A stretch of DNA of 64,000 nucleotides from Raillietiella orientalis (lineage: Eukaryota): contig JAYWIR010000015.1 of NCBI GenBank assembly GCA_036172245.1, positions 2,790,001-2,854,000 of the forward strand, read 5' to 3'. The translations under genes and the position numbers were made by a program. Below the pieces are notes generated by a model, which saw only the letters and a list, made by a program, of their open reading frames with translations, had not been told where the DNA came from and made no database searches. Positions 10,701-22,800 of the stretch are shown here, piece by piece. Every line of letters starts with the position of its first letter. The first letter of the stretch is position 1.

Positions 10701-13700
10701 TCTCTTGAGCGAGTCAAAATGCAGAGAACGTGCTGATTGCCCCTAAGGGGGCGAGAAGATAGAAAAAAATTCACTCCACGAGGGAAAGATAGTCCACCTC
10801 CCAGATTCAGAGAGCGTGATGGTCCCTCCGTCGTACCTACCCCCATCCAGGCACTGGAAAGGGTTGCACCCCACAAACGAGGAGGATACCTCAGGGAGAG
10901 AAGAAAGGGGTGGGGTGGGTGGGTGAGTGCGTGCCGAAAACCCCCGCGGAGTTTCTCGTCACCTTCCCAATGTACCATAGTAGGGGACGCGCACCTTGGC
11001 CTCTGCTGCCCAACTCTTCTGTGAGCCGAGCACTCCCCTCTCCCCATCACCACCTCTTCCAGCTTCCGTTTTCGAAGGGTAGAGTTCTCCCTACAGCAGC
11101 GACCTCGGGGTCGCCCCTTTCACTCAGTCCAGTACGAAAACACCCGCAAGCTGCTCTCCGCGGGCGTTCAGAGGAAGCTGCGAAACGAGGTGCAAGGGAT
11201 AAGAGCAAAAAAGGGAAACTGATGCTTCGAGATAGGTGGAGTGGGAGGAGATATGAAGACAGAGTCATCCCTCCTCCTTTCCCCCTGGTCATACGTAGCC
11301 GCAAGACCTCTCCACACAGCCGGCACACCACTTAGACATGCCCGCTTTGGAGGTGAGCACCCTCGTCCCACACTTCCTATGCCCCTATTCGATGCCACAT
11401 ATCCTGTCCAATAAAGAGTGCGGAGTCACCATCTGTCAGGGCCGGACAAGGAAGAGGCTAAGTCCTGAAGCTTCCAAGAAAAAAAGACAGGAGCTGGCAG
11501 CCCCGGCGCAACTGCATCCCTAATTCCGTGGTTCCTTCCCTCTTTCAGACCCTCCAGGTGACCTTTCGGTTCCAGCAATCCTTCCTCTCGGAGCCCTCGA
11601 ATCCCCCCTCCATTTCTCCTTCTCTTCGTCTCCCGTCCACAAAGACGATGAATGAGGAAAGCGCCGCCCAGGCTATTCACATCGGAGGATCATCCCGGGC
11701 AACCGGCGGTCCCCGGCTGGCAACTCGGTGCGCGAGCGGACAGAAAGGTCCCGCGTCGAAAGGGTGGAAGCATAGACTACCGACCTCACCATACCCCACG
11801 ACAGTGTAGGTGAGAGAGAAGTCGGATCGCGGAGACAACGTGTCCAGTTTCCTCTCTTTATGGGCATAGCCCTAAGAGCACCCGCGCCTCACTGAGGAGG
11901 GGGAAGAGGAAAGGTGGATTCGGGAAAGAAGGGGAATGGCAGTCTCCCCCCCGTATCTTCAGAAACCAGATCATTCCACGTGAGGGAAACGCTCCGTGCA
12001 AGCGGGACGTGGGACACATCACCTGGTATCTTAGATGACGGTGAGGAAACCACGGAGTATTCGCGGGATGAGCTCTCTCGAAGTCTTCCGCGTCCCAGAA
12101 AATCCTGGAACTCTAGCAGGGAGTATGTCCATCCCTGCTCATCGCCAATCCCTGAGCCTGAGAGGAAAAGAGAAGGTAGGGAGGAGGGGGTGGCGCCACC
12201 TGCTCGCCCATGCGCAGTGCGCATACAGAGTGGAGTCAACACCCCACCCGTCTCCATGAGACGCATACCTGAGAAAATCGACCAAAAGACAGGAGGCACT
12301 GTCTGCCCATCTGTTCATAGACCATCGAATAGACGACCAACCAACGGCCCCGACCTTCTACGCTCGCGACGCTTCCACAGTGCGCAACGAGTGATCCCGA
12401 AACCCGCTCCGGAAGGATTCCCAGGATCGCAGCCGCAGCCACCTCTCCCCTTCGACTCACCCCCAGGCGCGGTCGTCACTGACGAAAAGGAACGCCTGCG
12501 ATAGCATTTGGGAGGAAGGAATGGGAGAGGGGAGGGAAGGGGGGAAGCAGGAGGAGGAGGAACGCCGTGCTGCATCCCGAGATGAGCAGAAAGAGTGCCA
12601 GTTCCATTCCTTTCTGGAATCCCCCGGATCTTTCAGCGCCTTTGCTCCTCCCTGGTTACCCTGCTCGCGCGTTACCCGAATCACGCCCGGCTCTGGCACC
12701 TCCATCCCGAAATACAGGCTCGAGGGCGCTACTTCTTTCCTTGCACAGGTATGGGAGGAGAAGGAATGTAAACAACAAGGAACGTGCGGAGGGAACCGGG
12801 TTTTTTCACGTCTCCTGAACGCGCGTCTTTCCGCGCAGCGTTCGCGCATGCGTATGACGGTTGTCGGATTTACTTTCCTCCCATTAGTCTGGGGATGATC
12901 CCCTACTTCCGGGGACCTGCATTACGGGAAGTTGAATTCCCTGAACTAGTCTCACTTCCCTCCTCCTTGGCATCTCCATGGACCTAACCACGGGCTATTG
13001 TTTCCCTCCTCCGCGGACTCCCGCCTTTTATTTCCACCGATGCACGAGGACCCCTCAGGGGCAAAGCCAGGTCAAGTATGTCAACGGAACGGTTCGTCCT
13101 GTCCGTTTTCTCTCGATGGCTCCGCCGATCCTATGATCTATTCCTCCCCCTTCTCTCCCTGCAGCCACCTTCTCTCTCTCCGAATCATCTCTCTGGATGC
13201 CGCGCTGGTTACTTCCTCGCCCCGCAGATTCCCTCTGTTCCGACCGACTCGAAGGTATGGTGGACACAACTCGCGGGAGGTCAACGGGAGGAGAGAAAAT
13301 AGCAGAAGTAAATAGGGCTCTTCACCGACAAGTGTTAGGGAACCCCACAGGCAAAAGAAGGAAGCAGCCATCGCACCGGTATTCCAAACACCCTCCGACC
13401 ATTCACCTCTCGCGTGTCAAAACAGTATGGAAGAGCGAAGGGACAGAGAACGGGATAAGCAGCGCGGCAGAAAAATCTTTGAGACATCCCCACAACGGGA
13501 CCCGGCCGTTTCATGAGCCTGAAGGACAAACAAGAACAGTGGGTCAACCATGTGCTTTAACTCTATCATGAACAGAGAAGTGCTGCTCCATTGCTGCTGA
13601 GACCGACACAACAGACAGAACTGCTTGTTCGTATGACAGAGATGACCTCGGTCAAGGAACAAGTGGATTGCAAAAACCCAGCATGAAAAAGGGTGTCATC

Positions 13701-13729
13701 AGCTGCAGCAGATTGAAGCAGAAACCACT

Positions 13730-14015
13730 ACTGCTGCTGACCTCAGAAGAGATGGAAGACGTTTTCCTTTTGTGGTTCTCAGACCTCTAGAGGGGAAAAC
13801 TTCATTCTTCACACAAGAAAGTCATCATGTTGGTAAGTCCAGCACTTAGTAGCTCATTAAACGTTATGGGTATAGGGATCCCAGTTCTTTCAGGATGTCC
13901 TTTTCAGATTCCTTTCTTCCAAAGCCTTCTCTGCTCGTACTCTGCATGGACCACTCTATTTTTCTTTTCCGAAGTATGTCCATCCTTCTTCCTTCTGAAG
14001 TTTCCCATATCCCCT
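13730..14015 (-). pseudogene. Decayed MITF/TFE-like bHLH fragment
   Basis: Minus strand: RRKKDGH (cf. RQKKDNH), short intron-like gap ending ..CATGCAG, YEQRR..I..D-ILKELGSLYP (cf. [21 protein letters not shown]), then after an acceptor LRTTKG..LLRSA (cf. MRWNKGTILKAS). Confidence 0.4.
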
Positions 14016-14184
14016 TCTTTTGAAAAATCACTGTTCTTCTTCAAGAGGTCCACTTGGCTGCCACTTTCCTCTTAACTTCTCAGTAGACGTGCCCACGAGT
14101 CGCCGCTTCTTCTACTTGAGACCAGATTTTCTCCTACCGCTTCTACACCTCCCAGTCTCTGCCACCTCCTCAGTCCGTTCCAAG

Positions 14185-15000
14185 GGTATAATCGCTTTAG
14201 GGATCCTGGTCATTTCCAAGAGCCGTAGAAACTAATTTGTCAATGAAAAAAGAAAGTATCATCCAAAGTGGTTCCAGATCACAGGGAAGATGCTCGGTTG
14301 TCAGTTTCATGTGATGGATACAAAATTTGCCTTCAAAAACTGAGATCTCTCTGCTTGTTGGTTATCGGGATATTGGCATTATGTGACTACCCTCCAGTAG
14401 AACTAAGCACATGTCGAACAGTGAAGGCTACTGGAGTTGTATCCCGCGTTGTATCAACCTTAGATTGTATCCCGCGATCAAGTTTCTCCTGCAGGAATTT
14501 CTCTGAGAAGACCTATGGAGATGAGAACGTTGTTCTTATCATGCCTTGCAGTTGACCACCATTTTGGAGAGCTGCTCATGTTCCATCGCAAAAAACTGCT
14601 TTCTCTAGAAAGAAAATGTGGAAGCTAAAAAGCTAAAAAGTGTGTCGACACTACTCCAAATACAGAGAATTCTCTTGGGGCCTGAAAAAACGGATCCGAA
14701 GATCATGAGCGAGAAATGTATACCACTGCTAATAAGAATAAACTATCACTTCTCAAAGAGAAGAAAACTCAGAATTGAGCGGAATGTTCAGAAGATGAAG
14801 TTCTTGAACGAGAAAACTATGGAAGGGATATGGAAAACAAGACCCAACATTTCGAGAGTAAAAGGAAGTGGCTTTTTACGCCTACATGATTCAACAACAG
14901 ATAAGAGAAAAAAAGAGAGGAGCACTAGTTGCAAGTAAAAGAAAATATCAGACGTGTGGGGTGCGTTGATGAACTATGACCACTTCTTTAGCAGATGTAC
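14185..15000 (+). pseudogene. Decayed kekkon-like LRR gene
   Basis: IIALGILVIS (signal-like), CQ*KKK..VVPD, CLQKLRSL, PVEL, LDCIPRSSF, QIQRILLG, FSKRRKLRIERN, LQVKEN..CVDEL*PL (LRRCT-like). Confidence 0.45.
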
Positions 15001-16893
15001 TTTCTACTCTTTCTTCCGTTGGCCTACTTGAAGTACATATCGTCCCTTTCCAACTCACCCGCTTCTTTCTTACTTATACAAAAGCGAAAAACATTGCTGC
15101 TGTTTTTACATCGGACTTTTCACTGTCGAGTCATATACATGTTCTCATGAGACAAAATTAGTCTTGTTCTTCGTCTCATCTTGCATTTTCCCAGAATTTA
15201 TCACTCATCTTTTCGTTCCTCAAGAAACTATGCAGTAAGCTTTGGAAAAAAAAAACACATACACATACTGATTGCTAGCCAGAAACATATTGTTTTATGG
15301 ATAAACATATTGTTTCTGGAATGAATTGCTGGCTTCAAATTAATCAGTAGTATGTGAAACATGTCCATCTACTGAACTTCATTTAATATTCTTACACTTT
15401 TCAATGAATAATAAGATCATAAACACTGAAATAATAGTTTTTGATTTAAACTGTTGAACTTTAAACAAACTGAAAACGGAATCTAATTCGGGAAGAGTAG
15501 AAAGCCTTGAGCGAATTTTAATGGCTAGAAAGAAAAACAGGCGAATTCGAAACTCCGTAGCTTCTGTTTATTTTAATATCCATCAATCCTTAAAGCACAG
15601 TTTATTAGTAGCCATTTGAAACAACAAGGTGCACAAAGGAAATGAAATATTAAAAACTCTTGTTTTGTCTGTCACTGATCTTTAAGTAATTTCCATTGAG
15701 GAAATGCAGTTAAAAGACCAAGAATTTTATGATCTTCTTTCGCAGATATTTTTTTTTCTTCATATAAAAGCTTCAGTAATTTTGTACTGACCCTGTTTAT
15801 AAATCTGTATATTAATTTAGGGGTTTTAGAACAACTTTTTTTCCTTATGTTTTCTGGTTCATGAAATCGATTCAAAATTAGAACTCTTTGGATCATATTG
15901 ACTTTCTTTTCAGAATGCACTTTCTATTCAAAGTGTTCTATTCTCATGACGCATAGATCTTTTCAAACTAAAGTTTAGTTTCCCGATACGAATTATTTTT
16001 ATTATTCTTTGTATCGCAATCCAAACTTCAAAATGCACTCAAACTCTTCAATATCAAATTATTGCTTCCATTTTATTTAACAAAATTTTGAAGACAAAAT
16101 GAAAGCAAATGTGCCATAAAATTGTTATATGGTGTTTCAAGAAAAAACTTATTTATGTTTTGTTTGTTACTTTCGTCTACTGTAATTCCATGAACGGCCT
16201 TGCAATTTTCTTGATTTCATGATTTGGCTCCAAAATTTTCGTTTTTTGTTTTTCCAAATACAAGTTGTTTATACTAAGCTACCTTATTTGGATTTACAAA
16301 CGGATTGACCTCAAACATTATTTTTTTTTTACTGCAATCACATTTTTAGAATTTTTGGTTTTTTTACAACTCGAAAGATGCGATGAACAGTGTGCTCTTT
16401 CGTACTGGCAACATGACCCAGGGTTTCCATTATAATTAACAGTCATTGAAGAGGACTGCATATGGATTGTTGAAGTGTCAAACAGGTACTTTACTTTAGG
16501 GAGAACTATTCAAGAAGTACTACTGCAGAACCATAGCTCTCTTTGAAAAGGAGAGATGGAAAATACATGAGCTTGACAAACTATTCAAAGTCCTAAACAA
16601 ATTCTTTCTAACGTAAGTCATGCGCTTCACAATCAAATTTTATGAATAATGAATTTGATTGAATGCAACTTTCAACATTTTGGTACTCGTCACATTTGTG
16701 AATAATCCAGCAATGACACTGGTGTCTGTCGGTGTTGCGTTGGGGTTAGCAAGTCTGAAGCAGCTTGCAATGAAAGATTTGAGATTAAAGTGTTCGAATC
16801 CCGCTCTCCTGTATCATTTTCATAAATTGTCATTCAATACAGTGCAGACATAATTAATTCCCCGTAATTCCTCGTCACGTAATATTTTCAATC

Positions 16894-19800
16894 ATGGGCT
16901 GGATGTCGAAACAACTTCGTAGAAAACACGGTCTCTTTGAGGTAAGATTTCAGTATACATTATTATTATTTGAGTATGTATTATGTTCTGTATGCTTAAT
17001 ATTGCAATAATGAATGATGCATAGGAACATTAGATTTCATATTATGTGATTAAGTGTCATGTTGACTTTGAAGCATGTGTTGATGTTAAAAAATTATTGA
17101 CTAGAGTATCAGAAAATTGTCGGCCATCAATTTGCTGCCTGAGAAAGAAATTGAAGAGAAATTCAACAGTGGACAACTCAAGTTGAGAAAACATGATGGA
17201 AAATCCTTTTGTAGAACTATTCAGATGCCTCCAAAATTACTACATGCCATTGAAACTGTAATTAAGACCAGAAGTAAGTTAAGAATAACTTTGAGATTCA
17301 CAATGCACTGTAGAATCTCACAGCAGTGGCTGAACCAACCTTTTTCTTTCTGCTGATAATGTTGATTAACTTAACTGGAAGTTTAGGAATTTTATCATAG
17401 TTTTGCTGCTTTTTAAGAAAAGATGAAAATTGATGCTTGCAGTCTATGAAAAACTTAGTTATTTTTAATTAGAAACATGTGTTTTATAGTGATCATATAG
17501 AGTCTGTGTGTAGATACTATAGATTACTTTTTTCTTTATGATGACTTTTTTGCATATTCAGAGTGATAAATAGAAAATTATGAAATTATTTAGCAGCCAA
17601 AATTTGATCAGTTTTTGTGTTCTAAGTGCAAAAGTTTTCATACACTTAGAAACTTATTTAATATTTGCAATATTGAGAGAATGAACTATATTCAATGCAT
17701 GAAAAAAGAAATGTGTGATCTAACAATTTTCTAACAATTTTGGAGTATGATGTCGAATTGCTGAGAGTAACATTTGAACGTGTGATCTTGTTGTTGTTGT
17801 TGTGTATTTAAAAAAAAAATGATTCAGTGCTCTGAATTGTCAGTGTATTAAAGACTTAAAATCATGAAACTAAAATGTGGAAATTAATTTGGGCCAATAA
17901 TCACAAGCATGAAATGCTTTGGTGATGTGGAGCAGTTGAGCATCATTGCAGTATTGCACAAATGTTTTTTTTTTGTATACAACTACATTGATCTATATAG
18001 GAGAAAATTAAGATTCGTGGATAAAAAGTTTTTTTGCCCCAAATCTTTTCTTTTGATAATGTGTCGTGTTGATATCTAGATCCTTTTATTCCAATCAGAG
18101 ATGATTTTTTACCTAGAGATAATTTTTTACATTCCAGTCATCAAGTACTTGTGCTTTGTTTCAAGTTTTTGAGTCTTCTAATGGATGTATTTTATGAATG
18201 AATTTGATTTACCTACTGCTAAATTGATTCAATTCAACAATAGGTAAATAAAATTAATGTTGAAAAAGTACAGTACAGAATACATAGAATCATTGTATGG
18301 AGAATTTTATCTTTTCATATTGTACATTTCTTTTGGATCAATGGATTGATTCAATACCTACTCATTATGTTGTTTTGTTTATTCATTTTGCATACACAAT
18401 GGTTTTGTTATGTGAAATACAGTGAAACCTTTGAGCAGTTAAAGAACTGAAATGGTCATGATAATTACAGATCTTAATTGATTATCTTGGAATTTTTGGC
18501 CCTTATTAGAAAATGATGAAATATTATCCTATCAAAGAAGAAGAATATAAGTACATATCATGTATTATTAAAAAATTGTGTAGCTACAAAATCATGATTA
18601 GAAATATAATTTTTTGGTATTTTCTGCATAGCTTTGTCAAGCTGCTCTGTAGTAAAACATTCAGAATGTCCACATTAAATAAGAAAGGTGAAATGCAAAA
18701 ACAAGAATCAGAAAGCAGAAACTTTTTCATTGTGTTTTATGTTGTTACACCTTTTTTACTACATACAAAGAAAAAGAAAAGACATATCTTACATCTATGA
18801 ATTTCTCACATTCATAAATGTGGAAAACGTGTGGGCAATTAAAAAACAGTGAAAGATTGTAATTTTCAAATCAGAGGAAAAACTCAACGATTATGAAATA
18901 CAAGGGTATTTACTGAGATTGAGTTGTAAGTGAAAATGATGTTTTATTCCTTTCACAACTATGTTACTTCAAGTGGTTCGTTGCAATCTGTTGTATATTG
19001 AGCTTTTAAGTTTTGGAGTAAAATGCATATATAGATTGGAGTGAAGTAATATCTGAAATTATTTTATTGGTCAGCAGCAAGGAATTTTCCGTATTGGCCA
19101 TGGAGAATTGTAAAGCAGAGATTCCAGATTCCGGTTCACGTATTTTTTGGATATCCGATAATGGAAAATGAATCATATAAACAGTGGTAAGAGTTTCCGC
19201 ATTACATACTCAAGTTGGTGCAGGAAAGTGTTTATTTTAAATTACCAAACCCTTCCAATAAGTATCTTTTTATGGTAGTGGCATAGGTTATAGAAATTCA
19301 CCATATCATTATATTGGTTGTTAAATCGAATGCCCTACGGTCAAAACTCTTGTTCAAGAATTTTATCGTCCGCTCTGAAGCATAATGCTGTCTGCTTCAG
19401 AGCAGACGATAAACATTGAGTTTACAATTATCCAAGTCATTTATTCCGGGCTTTCAGAAGAAATTTAACGAAGGGATAGGAACGGTTTTCATGCAAGCAG
19501 AGTAAACAAAAAATAGGAGAAATTGTTTAACGGGAGCGAGTGACTGATTAATGTGTGAAAACCATGAATGAAGGAGACCATACTATACCGGAAATTCAAA
19601 ACACACCAAATGAACCCAGTAAATGCAAGCTTTCTTTGAGACACGAATAAAAATGATGATTGAGGATCGCCTGAACATTTATCTCTTTTGCAGCATCATT
19701 TTTTGATATGGAAGATGACCATTGCGATTTTCTAATGCAGCTTGTGCAATTCAGTAATGTGGCCGTGGGTTGTCGAAAAGAGGAATGATAATAAGGTGCT

Positions 19801-22800
19801 CGTTAAATGGGGAGAAATCTCTTAAATTGAGAGCTTGCCACCTCGGTGAACCCGTACAGATTTCGAGTATTGTGCATAAATTCATTTGCTAGTTTAATTG
19901 CCAAAGAGAATCTCATTTCAAAATCTACAACAAAAATGCAATACTGATTTATGTTGATTGAAAATACCTTTACGTAGTGACCTTTACAGTCATTACAGCA
20001 AAACTACACTATTGAACAAAGGAGGACAGATCTTTGATTGATATTTTATTTTCCCCAGCATTGCTATTAATACTCAGGATTCTGTTTACAAAGTGACTTT
20101 TTCCTTCAAACTTTTTCCACCAGTGTTGCAATATCCCTACTGGCAGTGGTTCCACCAACATATCTAGTATATGAAATATCTATATGAAATGGAGAGAAGC
20201 TGATGGAACAGATCTCCTCTAGTGGGTTTTTCAAATCCCCTTCGGGACAAAACATTCATCTCCTGCTGGTAGCGAACTATAATTCCGTTACGTTTCTGTG
20301 CTCTCATAGAATAGCCATTGATACGTCTACACTACAAATGTGACAAGCGCAAGAATGAAAAGGAAGGAAATAGAAAACTTTTCTCGTAGAAAAATTTCTT
20401 GTCAGTAAGATATGAACAAATTCATCAAATTCGATGCGAAAAGTTTTGTTGTACTAAGATTGTGCAGTTGTTGATACGCTACGAGATTCTCTCACCTTAG
20501 CAATTCTACACCTTCAAAATCAGATGCATGTTAGCTTCAGAACTTCCTGGTATTATCTTGGCAGTGACTGGGACTCTGTTGAAGTCAGTCAAAAATAAGT
20601 AAGCCCCGTATATTTCATCAAAAATATGCTCTCATTCTTATATCTCATAGGTCTTTCATTATCAGAAGCTTAGTAAGCTTATAATGAAAGACTTCACGCT
20701 AAATTTTCCAAGATTCCAGCTGGGATATGGGTGGAGGCAACGATTTGGCTATCTCGTGACATACAAAAGCTTCACTGTCAGCCCTTTTACTGATGGTTGC
20801 TTGCTCTAAATTAGAAATGTAGTTATACACCCATTATTATAAATGTATTTCATTTCTCAAAAGCTGCTCAGTCTGCAGTTAGGTCACAGATGTTTTTCTA
20901 ATAGAATGCACGTGTCTTTTCGTGGACGGATGGGCTCCAAATGAAGTTGCCCAATGCATTAGTTGAACCGAGCTACCATAGTTTGCTTCCTGCATGACCC
21001 GTTTCGAATTTCTGACTGTGGATGATGGGAGTATCTGCACATTTGTTGTTGTGGGATCTCAGGAAAATTCATCCAAGCCATTGCTAAATCGCTGTATGTG
21101 TGTGTGTGTGTGTATATATATGTATACATATACATATATATACATACACATATGTATGTATATTGCAGTTTATTTGTTTGTATGAGATTAATGGTACTTT
21201 ACCGTTAGGAACAAGGTAAATGCTTTGTGCATTCACTTGGCATAATTTTTCTTGACAATGTCTTTGGGCTTAGAAACGAACTATTCAAAGCGAATAAGTA
21301 TGTGATGAAAACTTCTTTCACGAGAAATCTCGCTTTACTGAACATCTGGTGAAGTGAGTGAAGGAGTGGATTTGCCAACTTGTTTCATTTAGAGTAATCT
21401 CGAGGAACAAAGCTGCAAAATTCGATCACAACAACGCTGCATACTAATTGGAAGCTCTAATCTCTTTACCATCGCATCAGATGAATGTCGACTCAGAAGT
21501 GCATTGAATAGTTCCATTAAACTGCATTTCAATGTCTTGCAGAAGATTCCCCGGCGGTATTGGTTAATGATACCAAAGCCCTCTACAGTTGGGTCACATC
21601 CCGATTGCCACCTGCTGATGATGCCTCGTTGAGGTTAAAGAGTGAAGAGTACATAAAGGAGTTCACGAATGGTAAAAAGGGCCATCTGATCTAGAGCGTA
21701 ATTGTAAATGGATAGTAGGTCTTGATCCAGACCAACTGGACGAGGGTGCCATGAAACAATTGAAGAACGAGGTGATGAAGTATCTGCGTCGAACCACGTA
21801 CCACTGGAAGCCCTTACCAACAGATGCATATTCTTGTGTGAAATACCTGGCGGGGCGCACGGCATTTGAATATGCAGCGGTGTATAAGGTGTTCCACGAG
21901 ATCCAGAGCCGTGTTCCCAGTTTTCAACCCACTTCTTTGTTCGACTTTGGATCTGGCGTGGGGTCCGCAATGTGGTAAGCTCGTCCCATCCCGTGTTTTG
22001 TCACGGTTGCAGTTTTGTGTCTGTTTGGACGGTTCTTTCGTTGAAGTGTATGTACGGCATGCAGCCGGATTTTCTTTGCACGAAACGCTTGCCGCCTTTG
22101 TGATCAGTAGGCAAACTGAATAGTGGATGCGTCGCCGCCCTGTTTCGTGGGTGCATGCTTCATCGAGCGGCGCATGTGCCTCATCACCCGTTCGGTGTGT
22201 TAGTGGGTAGCAGATTGGCACTGTCGGTGCTGTTGACCGACATGTTGACAGTTTGCCTTTCGGTCAGCAGTGCTGACAGGTAAACTGTTGATGATGTGTG
22301 CAGGCACCAGTGCATCCTCAAATGAATGTTTCTGGACATGAGGGGCTTGTTTTGCATATCCCCGGCGCATCCGCTGTCCGAAATTCGTGAATTGCTGGTT
22401 CTCGGGTTTCGCGTGGTCGCAAACACTCTTTGACAGATTCTTTGATATTCTTCGCTTAGAATTTAGGTCGGCTTCTTGGGTTGTTGTACTCGCTGGCACC
22501 ATTTCCTGCGTGCTGGCGCTTTCTATTTTCTATAATTCGTTTCCTCGCCATAGTGTAGAGTTTCCCTAGGTGCTCCGTGAAACTAAGCTTGCTTGTGTTG
22601 CCTGTCTTCGTACAATGGTTTATATTCTGATGCAGCGTACCTCTTGCTTTCTCCGAGTGAGCCGTCTTCGGTGTGGCTTTTTTTTTTAATGCGGCCTCTC
22701 TCCACGCGTGCTTCGTCTGAGAGAATCATTGAAGATAAATGTTCCAGTGGGTAATTTCTCTCTCGATTACTGGAAAATGTGTTTCGTCGCTTGAGAAGTT

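Noticed and set aside
11170..11640. MLK leucine-zipper/CRIB-like remnants
   Set aside because: Only loose similarity, and separated from the kinase fossil by apparent LRR remnants.
123..13300. Many long overlapping ORFs (150-260 aa) in the GC-rich region
   Set aside because: Arg/Pro/Ser/Gly-rich, overlapping on both strands, with no codon bias or complete domains; expected from stop-codon scarcity at high GC.
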